A DNA stretch of 64,000 nt from Callorhinchus milii. Lineage: Eukaryota. Shown here one piece after another: positions 40,590-52,215 of this stretch. Below the pieces are notes generated by a model that saw only the letters and a program-made list of their open reading frames with translations, was not told the DNA's origin and searched no databases. The DNA lies in assembly GCF_018977255.1 (NCBI RefSeq), contig NW_024704743.1:75456001-75520000 (forward strand), in the 5' to 3' direction. How positions within the stretch are numbered: the first letter of the stretch is position 1; every line of letters starts with the position of its first letter. The translations under genes were made by a program, and so were the position numbers.

Positions 40590-40990
40590 GATAACAAATT
40601 TTACAATGGTTTCAGAAGGGAGAATAGCTGAGTTCCTGTCAACTAAACAAATTGAAGAATTAATAGAATTAGAAGACATGGATACTGTAAATAAATCTTA
40701 TAGAAAATTGGATGGAAAGGTTGGATGGACTGATGGTCCACTCCTGCATGGAATTGTTACAATATAGTGCAGTGAACAAGAAAAAAGAGCCTAGAAATTA
40801 TAGAGCGATCATCCTGACTTCTGTTGTCATAAAATCCTTGAGTGTTACACGGAATACTATTAATGCTCATCTAAAAGGAAACATGCTGCAAACAGTACTC
40901 AAAATCTAGGAGCGATGGTTCAGGTCTCACAAGGTTAAAAATCGTGAATTGGTTTGGAGGTTAGAACAATTATGTTCCCATCGAATATTG
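40590..40990 (+). mobile_element. CR1 fragments
   Basis: A CR1-like 3' end near 40700-40750, and KKKEPRNYRAIILTSVVIK, which resembles CR1 PGNYRPVSLTSVVGK. Confidence 0.55.
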
Positions 40991-42948
40991 GATTGTTAGA
41001 ACAGACTCTTAATGCAATTCACATCTATTAATTGCTTCAAACAGTCACTGGACAATTATCCATTTCAGAAAAGTATTAGAGGTGTCCAGATAGGTGCCAG
41101 CTGAAATGAACACAGAGACGATGGGATCAATGCTTTCTCCCCTGTTGGGCCTCGTGTGCCTGTATGTGTGTATGTGTGTGTGTGTGTGTGGTGGGGGGGG
41201 GGGGGGGGGAATTGTTGCCCATGGTGGAAGTCCACCAGGGGTGAAAAATGGAAATGTGGTTAGGCAATAGAATGGAACAATAGGTGTTTTGCTTAATTAT
41301 CTTTAGAGATAATAGACTATCAATGCAGAAGTGGCTGGGATGGAGTCCACCATTGGGTTAGGTCTTCCAAGGCATGTGGCAGAACTGGTAAGTCTGGATG
41401 AGTCCTCTTCTCAGAGCATGAGATCACCAGTGATGTCTTAAGCCAATATGTAGAGTTAATGTAATTAATACGACAAGACTAGGCTACCATGTTTATGTCA
41501 CAATTGCGGTATACGATTCCTACTTGCTGATTATTTTTCCTATAGGAAATCTTTTTTTTAAATTTAGGATTGAACTTCCTTGCGTTTGCTCTTCAATCCA
41601 TAGTTGCTTAAGTGCCACATTGTATAAAAATGTAACTAACTCAATGTCGTCTTCTAGATCAACGATACGTGTAATTGTAACAAAGTTGTGTATAAATAAC
41701 TTAAGAGAACCGTAAAGTGCACGTTTCTATAACAGCGTATTTAACCAACAGATACATCGCCAGTAAAATCGGAGTGAGGCCATGGATGCTTGGAATACAG
41801 TGCACATTCATAGCAACAAAAAAACACAAGTACAGTACAGTGCAGATCATTTTGTATGTTACTAAATCTGCTTGACGTGAAACATCCTGACTATTCTAAA
41901 AATGATACTGGGTGTCCACATAAAGCTTTTCTGTTGAAGCGAATTTACACAAATTACAAATCCCCTATTTCTACTGAAAACATCAGATGTACCCAATAAT
42001 GCCTATTTGCTTAATCTCTTCGAGAATATTGTCAATCGGTTACGATCATTAAATAAACCCGCACACCCTTGCTAACTTGATATTTACGTATATTTTTAAA
42101 AATCTAAATTGGATGTTTTGATCCCTTAAGGAAAAAATGCCCGTCTATATCGACAGATGGAATAAAATAGCCACTGCGCCTTGAACTCTATTTGTGGCAT
42201 GTTTGAAAGTATTGTAATACATACATTTTCTCATTTCAAAGTTACCATTTGCGTCGTGTTAACTTTTCTAAATAGACAATTCGGTTCAGATCAAGTGATG
42301 TCTCAATATACAGCATTAACAATTGCAATAAACAAATTCCAGCTGTATTTCAGTATTTAAAATAAATAAACACGTTTATGGAAGTATCGGATGAAAATAT
42401 GTTAATTAATCTTCAAACAAAAGTAAGGACTCGTGCCCAGAGTAGGAAATCGTGTAAATCAGTGTAGAACAAGAGATGTCTTCTTTATTTTTAACAAGTA
42501 ATATGTCTTATATGTATCTCCCTCTCTCTCCTCAACTCTGCTACCCTTCCATCGGCTTAAGCCACAGCGTTGAAAATTCCCCATCGACTTTGCCTTGTTC
42601 TCAATTCATTGAATATTGGCGAAAACGGGATGTCTTCTACATTATGTTCAGAGAAAACCTGCTGGAAATCATACCAGCTTGGAAAGCGGCGCCGGCAGGA
42701 CAGCATTGGCGACATGTCTGCAGTGTACCTCTTAAACAATTGCTAAAAGTTACAGTCAAGATGGATCTGCAATTTGTTATCGGGTTTTATCACTGAAAGA
42801 TATTCCTACTCGCAAAATCGAGTCAAAGTATCTAACAGCTAAATTTCTATGTATGGTTAAACTGCCCCAATAACGTCAGATATGGATGAATAGCTATTGA
42901 TATATTATCTGAGAGGTTCAGAAGTCAACAGTTGCTGAAGATGTGCTC

Positions 42949-42969
42949 TGCAGCACCAGTGACAGCTCC
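42949..42969 (+). promoter_or_regulatory. Candidate REST/NRSF RE1 site
   Basis: tgCAGCACCagtGACAGCtCC matches the canonical TTCAGCACCACGGACAGCGCC at 17/21 positions with correct half-site spacing. Confidence 0.45.
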
Positions 42970-44319
42970 TGCAGGCTTCCTGCTACTGTTAGACCACTTG
43001 TGGCACTGTGGAAGTGCTGCATATATAAAAGAACAGTCCAGGACACGCTTGTTGTCTTTTTTTTATGTAACGCCAAGGGATTTGGGTTATTTATTTTCAC
43101 CATGTAATTCCGACCGGAAAATATGTTACACGAGTTAGTATATTGTTGTGTTAATAATCGTCTGTGTTGTGGTTTTCGTCTCAGTTCTCAGGAGACATTG
43201 TTTTGCGTGTGCAATAGAAATACTCTTCAGAAAGTCAGGTTAGACATGCATCGACATGAGTATTAACTATATTAACTGATTTGGTTTAAATAAAATTAAA
43301 CAATTCGAGCAAAATGCTACGACTTCTGATTTCGCTCATCATCCCATCCACTTTTGTTCCGACCAGTTTGTGATATTATGAAATTATGTATTTCTTTCTC
43401 TGTATTTTACTGACAAGACGATTCCTCTATTTTGTCTTAAAACCATTCATACCTATTTCATGGTAAATAACTAAATGTATTCCAGTAATATTACATCAAG
43501 CAGTGAATTGAAATCAAAACACGATGAATGCATTATGTTTCTCTTAAAAATCCTCCGTTTGATTAAAAATAAACCAAACTTACTTCGATTTACCACCGTT
43601 CACGTCAGGACCTCTTCACGGGATTTAGGTGTAAGGTGTAGTGACTATGTTTTGCAGGCGAACGCGGCAATCAATTTGTGGAGTATTTGGTGACGATCTG
43701 TTATTCTTTGGTTGGTGGTTATGTTGGATCTTTCTGTCCAGTGCTCTCTATTCCCCAAGTTGTAAGATCTTATCATGAATTGTACAATTGCAACTAAAAT
43801 CCATTCATTTATAAATCCACCAAAACAGGACACAAACTCACCACAACTCCAGCCAACTGCCCAGAGCCTCACATACACATGCTTTCCCCCNACCGATTAC
43901 TCGTTTGAAAAAAGGTAGGTCTAATAGTTCAAAGATCATTGGTCAGTTGCATTACATTTCTGTGCTTTTTCTATTCTAAATCATGTTCTCCTTTTCAGCA
44001 CTTCTGCACAACTGCCAAACTGGGGCTGTCCAAAAATGTTCAACAGTTATTTCACTTTTTCTATTCACTTGCGCATAAATAGTAAAGAATGATACACGTG
44101 ATCGTACACCAAGTTTTTTTTCTTGATTTATTATTCATTTTGTAAATGTTTTACAACATTCTGTTACTATCATGTTGTATTGCTATCATTTTACTCTCAG
44201 CCCAGCTGTCCACACTCTTCCAACTTTGCTAAATTTGAACGCCGTGTAAATCGTATTTGAATATGACATTCTTTGAAGTTTTCTTTTCACCTATATGCAT
44301 AAAAAATAAATATCCACAC

Positions 44320-45380
44320 GAAGATTTTAAACCAAACGATTTTATTGGGGAGAAACATCAGTCCAAACACTAGAGAGAGAGAGAGAGAGAGAGGGAGGGA
44401 ACAAGCAACAAATAAAAATACACATGTTAATCCATTTCGTATTGCATATGTCAACATATACATGCCGTAGTGCCGTGTTAAGTTAAGGCAAGGAAGTGTG
44501 TTTGCGAATTTTGTTAAGAACACTTCATCAAGGTTTTCATGCCGTTACATATTGATACTCCGCACATCAGGGTGCCCTTCATAGAGCTTCGTTAATAGGG
44601 CATCAACACATTTCCTTAAGAACACGCACCTACTCCTTACTATTTGTTGACTATTGTATCGTAGCATGTAGAGACAATAAAAAACAACGCTTGATTTGAA
44701 GGATTGTAAAGGAGTAGTTTTGAAAACGTATCTTCCTATTATGTCACTTCAGTGTAAATATTATCTACAGCGGCATATTAAAAGGCAGTTTTGTTTTGTG
44801 AACAACCGTTTAACACAGTAAAGGGACACGTTTCCCTATTGACATCTAGTAAGTTGCATCAGGAGTAAATATATAAAATAATTAATCAGTAATGGTACTG
44901 ATATTCATTATTTCCATAGGTATCCGGGTTTCTATATATGCAGTGACGGATTTGGATCCCTTCAATCTTGTTTGCACCATTTGGAATGGCCCCACACTTA
45001 CACACACTGTGCTGTATCCATTACACATTCAATACTATCAAATGAATCAAACTGTTATCCTGCCGCATTGGTCATGTGGAAGGTATATCGTGTCTATCAA
45101 ACTGGCTAAAAATATTTACAAATGTTCCCGTTAAATTAAACGTGTACCTGAAACGCAATGAAGGGTCCATATGGTGTATATTTCCCTTTAAAGGGTTCGT
45201 TACTGATATATAATTTACTCACTTGCATAGTTTTTCGATTATTGCTGCTCTGCCAACATGTAACATTCGAATATGAGTGCAGTCGTGCTGTTAAAAACAA
45301 TTTTATATCAATTATTTAATGTACCACCCAGTGCTTTATCTTAATTACTTGTGATCTGTATAGCCACTATTTTTTGCTCA
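44320..45380 (-). other. neurod6: neurod6 3'UTR (approximate) with AATAAA at 44346-44341
   Basis: AT-rich, transposon-free stretch after the stop codon. TTTATT on the plus strand at 44341-44346, with an alternative at 44127-44132. Confidence 0.6.
44372..44392 (+). repeat. (AG)n microsatellite in the neurod6 3'UTR
   Basis: Directly visible. Confidence 0.9.
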
Positions 45381-46397
45381 TTAATTATGAAAAACTGCAT
45401 TTAATTCGTCCTGCATTGAAAGTGTCTCGTTGCGCAGATGGAAATCGTAAGGAAACGCGCTGTCTGTGGGCACCACACACCGCATGGCTGGGCTGAACAT
45501 GTAGCTCTGTCCAAGGGGACGGCTGGCTGGCACAGCGGAATAATGCATGCCATAGTGACAATTCTTCACATAGTCAGATGGATCTTCTTGCTTCAGGGAG
45601 AAAATCCCATTAAAGTTAATTGGTGGGCTTAGGGGACCTTCAAACTGTGGGCTCACACACTCGGGAGAAGCGCTTTGGTAGAAGGATTCATAAGCACCAC
45701 AATAGCTGTAGGGCTTGACAGCCTTGGAGGAGCTGTCCATGGGCCCCTGGCCTGAAGGACTGCCAAGATCAGGGTTCTGATACGGGTAGAGACCCGAGGA
45801 ATACTGGGATCTCGCCATGTGAGTTGCATCTCCTTTCTGATCCACCAGCAAGTTCCTCGTGTTGAGCTGCAGACAGCCAGCCACCAGGTTGGTGGTTGGT
45901 TGCGACAAGTCTTTGCACAGACTTTGCACAAAGGTCAGGAGGTCGGGTCTCTTGCCCATGCGTAGGATTTCAGACAGGGCGTAGATGTAGTTTTTTGCCA
46001 AGCGCAATGTTTCTATTTTGGAGAGTTTCTGTGTTTTGGAATAGCATGGGACAACTTTGCGAAGGCTGTCCAGGGCATCGTTGAGACCATGCATCCGGCT
46101 CCTCTCCCTGGCATTGGCTTCATGCCTTCTCACTTTGATTACTTCAAACCTGGCTTTACTCTTCTTCTTCCTCGGCCCCCGCTTTTTGGGCTGTTCCTCG
46201 TCCTCTTCCTCGTCTCTCCCGTTCTCTCTCTCCGACTCCACAGACTCGGTCATGTTGCTGTCTTCCACCAGGCACTTGTCGTGCTCTGTGCAGACATCTG
46301 TGCAGGATTTTGCTCGTCCGTCCTCAGTCTCGGACATGTCGCTAAAATTGGTACCGGGCATCAAGGCGGGTTCGTCAATGGGTGGCAAAGTCAACAT
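45381..46397 (-). CDS. neurod6: Neurogenic differentiation factor 6 (NeuroD6/ATOH2/NEX1), bHLH transcription factor, 338 aa, single coding exon
   Basis: Starts MLTLP, has an acidic stretch and basic NLS (KKRGPRKKK), the b[51 protein letters not shown], the NeuroD domain ([44 protein letters not shown]) and ends [11 protein letters not shown]. The N- and C-termini match NeuroD6. The ATG is at 46397-46395; the first 14 aa of the track ORF run through the splice acceptor. Confidence 0.96.
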   Translation of the reverse strand: MLTLPPIDEPALMPGTNFSDMSETEDGRAKSCTDVCTEHDKCLVEDSNMTESVESERENGRDEEEDEEQPKKRGPRKKKSKARFEVIKVRRHEANARERSRMHGLNDALDSLRKVVPCYSKTQKLSKIETLRLAKNYIYALSEILRMGKRPDLLTFVQSLCKDLSQPTTNLVAGCLQLNTRNLLVDQKGDATHMARSQYSSGLYPYQNPDLGSPSGQGPMDSSSKAVKPYSYCGAYESFYQSASPECVSPQFEGPLSPPINFNGIFSLKQEDPSDYVKNCHYGMHYSAVPASRPLGQSYMFSPAMRCVVPTDSAFPYDFHLRNETLSMQDELNAVFHN

Positions 46398-46405
46398 GTT
46401 GTCAG

Positions 46406-47911
46406 CTAGAGAGACGGAAAGACAGAGCAGTCGAGTCATACAGCAGATTCCTCGCTCAAACCATCCAACACATTGACATATAACGGGATTAATTTACTCC
46501 GCGTTTCCTGCGCTCAAGCGGATTCAAATCCTTCGTATTGAGCACACGATTTCTAACTTTGAAACTATTTGTTCATATCCGATCCTCATTATTTTTTCAC
46601 ACCTCTCTGCGCTGTCCATTCCCGCGGTCTTATTTGCAAGATCAGAATTGTGAGTCCCAGCTCGGCGAGTGAGGCAGCTTTCCCCCCCTCGCGTTTCTTG
46701 TAGGCGTTTGAGATGTTCTGACAAATATTAAAATAATTGGGTAAACGCTGTGCGACTGACAGGTTTGTGAAAAAAAAACACAGGATGTCTCCACCGTTTT
46801 GCTTTAATTCTCCAGGGAAAGAAACTTCACATGGATTATAATTAAAAATACAGGATGGCTTACAAATGCCCATATCTAAACCCTAGTAATACTCTTAACA
46901 TTGGCATCCTGACAAACGCAAAACAAGTTATACAAGATCTTCGATTTCCGCGGGGAGCGATCTTTATTTTTTCAGCATTTTTAAACGACCTTTTATTTGG
47001 GATTTAGCATTACAATAAAAAATCATATTGCATTGAAAGCCGCCGCGCGGCTTGTTTACAATTATACGCCATATTAATAATAACTTGGATCCACCACCCA
47101 GCCGCCAAGTTATAATGGAGAATCCGGTATTTTTTGGAGATGAATTCCCTAACAATAAAAAACGGAGATATAAAACTCTTGAATACTGCGGTATTGACTC
47201 GAAGATTCTGGGATTCAAATTCAGAAAGAGTTCCATGTGTTACAGAGCATCAACCTTGGCATTACTTATGCAGTGCAATAAATCATTTGACAGATGGAAG
47301 GGTTTTTTTGTGGGATTTTTCACCAAGAAATATTGCAATTTACACATGTTTTCTTTGCATTCGAGTGAAAGTTAACGTGTTACACTCCAAAGTTTCTCAC
47401 CATATCACAATAATGCAGCATATATACATTAAAAAGGCTTGAAAAGCAAGATTCATTTTAATTAGCCTGATGTGCTTTGGAACCTATGGGAAAAAAAGGT
47501 TCAAAATAGCACCTTTCATCAATATTGATTGATTTTATCATTGCTTTTATTTTAGAAGCAGTCGCCCAAAGGGTAAGGCTATTTGTAAATTCTCAAGGCT
47601 AAAATGTGGGAGTTGGAACAATGTTCTGGTAATTTATGAATGAAATGACACCGGAAGACAATCGGTATTGCCCCAAATGATCGCCCACTGCACTGACTTG
47701 CAATCTTATCAAATTGCGTGCAAAGTGGACATTAACGCTTGGGCTTAAAACAACAGTGGTTAAACACTGTTAGGGCGCTCGCACGTCGCCGAAGGAGACG
47801 GCGATATTTACCATCTGCCCACGTTTTCATTTGATGCATGCGATCTCTTTGCTCCGAATGATCAATCGTACATTTATGAACGTACATTGGAGGCGTAACG
47901 TAGGTTCTTAC
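46406..47911 (-). other. neurod6: neurod6 intron 1 (in the 5'UTR), about 1.5 kb
   Basis: Minus-strand donor CAG|GTAAG at 47912/47911 and pyrimidine-rich acceptor ctgtctttccgtctctctAG|ctgacaacATG at 46406/46405. This fits the two-exon NeuroD gene structure. Confidence 0.8.
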
Positions 47912-48076
47912 CTGAAATCAATGCTCGGAAGGGATGCTCATTGTCGGCTGTGTGTGTGTGAGTGTGTGTGTGTGTGTGTGTGAGTGCTGTGGCTGCTCGC
48001 TTGCTCGCGGTGTGCCGGCCGGCAGTGGTGGGTTGCTGTGCGGGCTGGGGCTGGGGCTGGGGCTGGGGCTGGGGGT

Positions 48077-48108
<32 letters not shown>

Positions 48109-48125
48109 ATGATCGCTCTGAGCAG
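47912..48125 (-). other. neurod6: neurod6 non-coding exon 1 (5' end approximate)
   Basis: Lies between the strong donor at 47912 and the GC-rich motif cluster at 48130-48280. The TSS cannot be fixed from sequence. Confidence 0.6.
47948..48108 (+). repeat. Compound microsatellite (TG)n - (GGGGCT)n - (TG)n in neurod6 exon 1
   Basis: Directly visible. Confidence 0.95.
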
Positions 48126-48129
48126 TGAC

Positions 48130-48280
48130 AGTGATGCCAACTGCCAGTGCTGGTACCATGCCATCTGCCGCTGACGTCGACGGGCAGCCGCCGCTGATTG
48201 GCAGGTGCAGGCACTGGCATCTTGCGCCTCAGGGGAGCCCGGGGAACGGCAGCACACAAGGCATCAGATATTATAACCAT
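48130..48280 (-). promoter_or_regulatory. Putative neurod6 proximal promoter
   Basis: GC/CpG-rich. E-boxes CAACTG (48138-48143), CATCTG (48162-48167) and CAGGTG (48202-48207); CRE-like TGACGTCG (48172-48179); CCAAT on the minus strand (48197-48201); several NFI-like TGGCA/TGCCA half sites; TTATAA near 48271. Confidence 0.65.
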
Positions 48281-48609
48281 CTCTGTGGGGCAGAGGGGCT
48301 TTACAGCACACAGGAGAAGAACACTATGGCACACATCCCACCTTATACCTGAATTAACCCCCACTGCCACCCATCACAGCCGGTTAGATAGACTCCGGGC
48401 AGAAATTTCACTTGGATCGAGGTTTTTTTTTCTTCTTTTTTCTGAACATGCACACTTTGGGCAATTCTTCCATTGACTCTGCAGGTGATTTCTGAGGCTG
48501 CAAAATTTCAGATCCGATCGTAGATTTGTTCAAATTTCGCACGCTTTAAAATGCTGAGATAAAACGAGAAACACACTGAGGTGCTGAACTGCCCAGAATT
48601 AATGCAACG

Positions 48610-48820
48610 TAATAAACTATAATGATAAATCACATAACAAATCATATAATAATTAATATAATAATAAACTATGAGGCTAAATCATATAATAATAATCATA
48701 TAATAATTAATAAAATATAATAATAACAATCCTTTCATTTTTTATAGGGTTTTCAACATCGAGAGGACACCTCAAAGCGCTTCACAGAATTTAGTATTGT
48801 GTAGTGACTGTGTGTTTTGT
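48610..48820 (-). repeat. AT-rich degenerate tandem repeat continuing into a SINE tail fragment
   Basis: aatcatataataat occurs three times and aataaactat twice, then atcctttcattt...aaagcgcttcacagaat. Confidence 0.7.
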
Positions 48821-49358
48821 AGGCTGAGTGATGAAGCGACCCTCAGGACAAGGTTTTCTTCTCACGTTTACCCAGAATTGAATCTTTAAATCAAGAATTG
48901 CCTTAAATCTATTTTAACACCAAAACATGGATAGATTTGGGTTAGGCACACACAGGCATCGAGGTGGGAAACCATTGTATTAAAACAGTATGGACCGTAT
49001 CGAAAATGCTTCCAATTGTATTTTAGTAAAGATGTGCTCATTTGTTAGGATGTCGACTGGTATCATCCAGGTGTTGTGAAAGTCCAGCGATTCTGGCAAC
49101 ATACACAATGGCTCAAGTGTTAGACAATAAAACGTGTGACATATTGATCATGTTCATCCGCCAAAATTAGAGAGGGGCTCTCCGATAATATTTTTAATTA
49201 TTATCATGGACTGTTAATCTATATTTTAACTACACGTCTGTCTGGGATAATCTGCCACACCTTGGTCCCACAGATGAATTTAAATGGATTACCAATCTAA
49301 CCATTCGGAATGACATTGTGGATGTCCAAGTGTAAGTGACAGTTTTCGATATAATCTT

Positions 49359-49396
49359 TGTGTGTGTGTGTGTGTGTGTGTGTGGGGGGGGGGGGG
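49359..49396 (+). repeat. (TG)n plus poly-G
   Basis: Directly visible; similar tracts occur at 41160-41209 and 50869-50894. Confidence 0.9.
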
Positions 49397-51889
49397 TTGG
49401 AGTTTGATTCAATATAACATTATGTGTGGAATGCATCGCCTTTGTTGTTCCTTGGGCATCAAAGATAAATTGCAAGTGACTGAGCTGTGTGGAATAACTG
49501 GTCTATATGAATAGTGCAGGGGACCATAGTTCCAATAGCACCAATGTTTGGTCTTGTTTCCAGTATCATATCACACAAATCACAGGCTTTCCAAAAGAGA
49601 AGACGGGGGGAACCAGATATATAGGACACGCATTTGCCATCTGTTTTAGTGCGTTTCTGTTTACTTTCTGCCAGTTATCGCATCCCTCCCCAAGATTTCC
49701 AATGTATTTCGCATCAATTTATTTCCATGTGCACTGAGTTAGAATACCATTTTGCGTTTCGAAAAATGTAGGTTTATTTTTAATCCCAAGTAAGTTAATT
49801 CAACACGTAACGTAGCCCTTGAATTCAAAGGCAAATAAAATAATTAGCTTTCAATTAAGTTTAGACGTTCATTTTTAAGCTTCACATTTTGAACAAAAAT
49901 GTGTCAAGGTTTTTATTTTTTAGGCAGGATGAACATGGGTGGAAAATGAACCCAGGAAACAGTGCAAAGCACATTGCTGCGGTACCTCTCTGTGAGCAGG
50001 GGATCAGGAACACACATTGAGCATTGCATAGCTAAGGCCTCCACCTTTTTCGGCATTAGAATTGTGTTCTCCAAAATAGTGCTTTCCGCCCCAACACGGG
50101 CTGCCAAACTGATACCACAACACTACCCAGGCAGCGGCACGGATCCTACAGAATAACAGATAATGCTATTTTAGTTAATATCTGAATGTCAATCTTTACG
50201 TGAACAAAATAGGCAATGTGTTTCCTACAGCGCAGGCTTAAACTCTTAAGTTAAATAATTATTACAGTGCATATGACACCATTTTTCTCTCTCAAATCCA
50301 TGCATTATTAATACAGGGCGATAGAGACTTTAGTGAGAATATAAATACACCGCTGAGCTTTTGTTGTTCCACGGGGGATAAGATATTCTTATTTAACTGT
50401 TCGGCTTGCTCCAATTTCCCAAATGCATTGCCTTTGCACGGAGAAATACACAACCCGAGCCTTGCACTCTGCAATCTTTTAATCATTATACATGGTTTAC
50501 GACTTCTGGCATGAAACTTCATAGCACATTACAAACCCCTGAAAGGTAGGAACTTTGGAAAGATAGGAATCCGAGTTGGTGGAATCGGGTTGGACGTGGA
50601 TGTGGAATGGACAGTGTAATCTGCTCCATCTTGGTCCCTCTGCCCTCGCCTCCTCCAGCACTGAGCCGCAGCACAGCACAGCCCTGCCAGCCCGCTGTTA
50701 CCAGCCTGCGACAGCCACTGGCACTGCCCACTGAGCAGTGGGCATTCAGCCTCGGCGTTACCGAACGCGTCTCTTCTCCAAATCTCTTCTTGCATCGCGC
50801 AGCGCTCCAGACATCTTACATCAATATCAAAGACAACCAGTTTAACTACAATGATGCATTTAACATTATGTGTGTGTGTGTGTGTGTGTGTGTGGTGGAG
50901 GTGGCATGAATATTTCTTTCAACATTTAAAATAGTCGATTATTAGGAATGCCCTGGAAAATCAATCAATCTGCTGCATCCCCCTTGTTGGTACGACAGTC
51001 ATTTCTACAGTAACCGAAATTAATGTAAATACGATAAAATAATACTACAGACGTTGGCCTTTGCCAATGAGCTACACCTCGGCTAAGATGCCTCCAGACT
51101 GTTCCCGGAATCAATCGCTCGGGAATCGGGATGCCGCCAGCAGCCTCGCTACAAAACCTCCAGTCACTCACTAACCCTTTTTGCAATAAAATATTCTTCT
51201 TACTGTTCTTGTGCTGCATTTATTACAAGTAGGAAATCTGGATTTAGTAATTTTCACATTTAGAATATCTGACAGCAGGGAACCATCTCCATATCACTGC
51301 ACAGAGGATGACATCTGTGGTTGCCTTTTTTTTTAACCCCCATCTAACTTTAGAAATAATACATATATTTATATTATATTTGATGCAATAAAACAATCGT
51401 TTCAAGGAAATAACACACAGATACAGTTCATCTCTATCAGACCATATAATGCAATATCTAGTCTAAGCTGGAGTCAGGCTATTAGGAGATCGAATCAGTT
51501 TGGTGCTGTTTGAGACATTCCTTGTCCTTGTAACCACAAGTGAGGGGGAAACAGTGTTCTTTACAGGGATGGAGTGAATGTGCTGCCTGGTCAACTTGGC
51601 TGTATTCGCTTAATTGGCATTTGCTTTAGCCGTGATCCACGCCAATAACAAATGGAGGGGGTTACACTTCTAACATTGATTTGCCTGTTGGAGAATGATG
51701 GGAGCTGGCAGGTTGGAATTATGGAGCCAGTTCTGCAACACTCTCACCCTGGGCTCTACTCAGGTCAAGCAGACTTGTGTGCAAGTGCACTGCAGAGTGT
51801 CTCTAAGTTGGTGCCTGGATGCTTCTTCCAATTGCTCTTCAATAACATTAAACCCTGAAGGCCTTGTAGGAACAATTTAAAACCTATAC

Positions 51890-52215
51890 TATAATAATAA
51901 TCCTTGCATTTGATATAGCGCTTTTCATGTCGGGAGGACGTCCCAAAGCGCTTCACAGAACACACTGTAAATTGAATTGACTGTATATTTGTGGGCGAAC
52001 GCGGCAGCCAATTGCATACAGCAATGTCCCACAAACAGTCGTGGATTGAAAATGACCAATTTATTATTGTTTTTTTTAAGGGATTATTATTAGGCTCTGT
52101 GTGGAGTAAGGAAACTTGCCCAAGGTTTCGCCCTCTGCCTGGAATTGAACTCAGGTCTCTCGCTTGCAAAGCGAGTGCTCTAACCACTGAACTACAGGAC
52201 TCCACACAGGACTCC
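51890..52215 (-). mobile_element. DeuSINE family A, full length
   Basis: Near-identical to the 37 kb copy; the 5' terminal acaggactcc is duplicated. Confidence 0.92.

Larger units (their letters stand above)
41480..51200. promoter_or_regulatory. CpG-retaining, TE-depleted domain around neurod6
   Basis: CpG dinucleotides are visibly more frequent than in the flanks, even in AT-rich parts. Only one short SINE tail (48720-48820) was recognised inside. Confidence 0.6.

Noticed and set aside
46398..46439. N-terminal extension [14 protein letters not shown] of the 352 aa ORF
   Set aside because: It reads through the polypyrimidine tract and splice acceptor; the orthologous start is MLTLP at 46397.
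46057..46476. Antisense ORFs over neurod6
   Set aside because: Shadow ORFs of a GC-rich coding strand with no independent support.
47874..48370. HT/QP/PA-repeat ORFs
   Set aside because: Translations of microsatellites.
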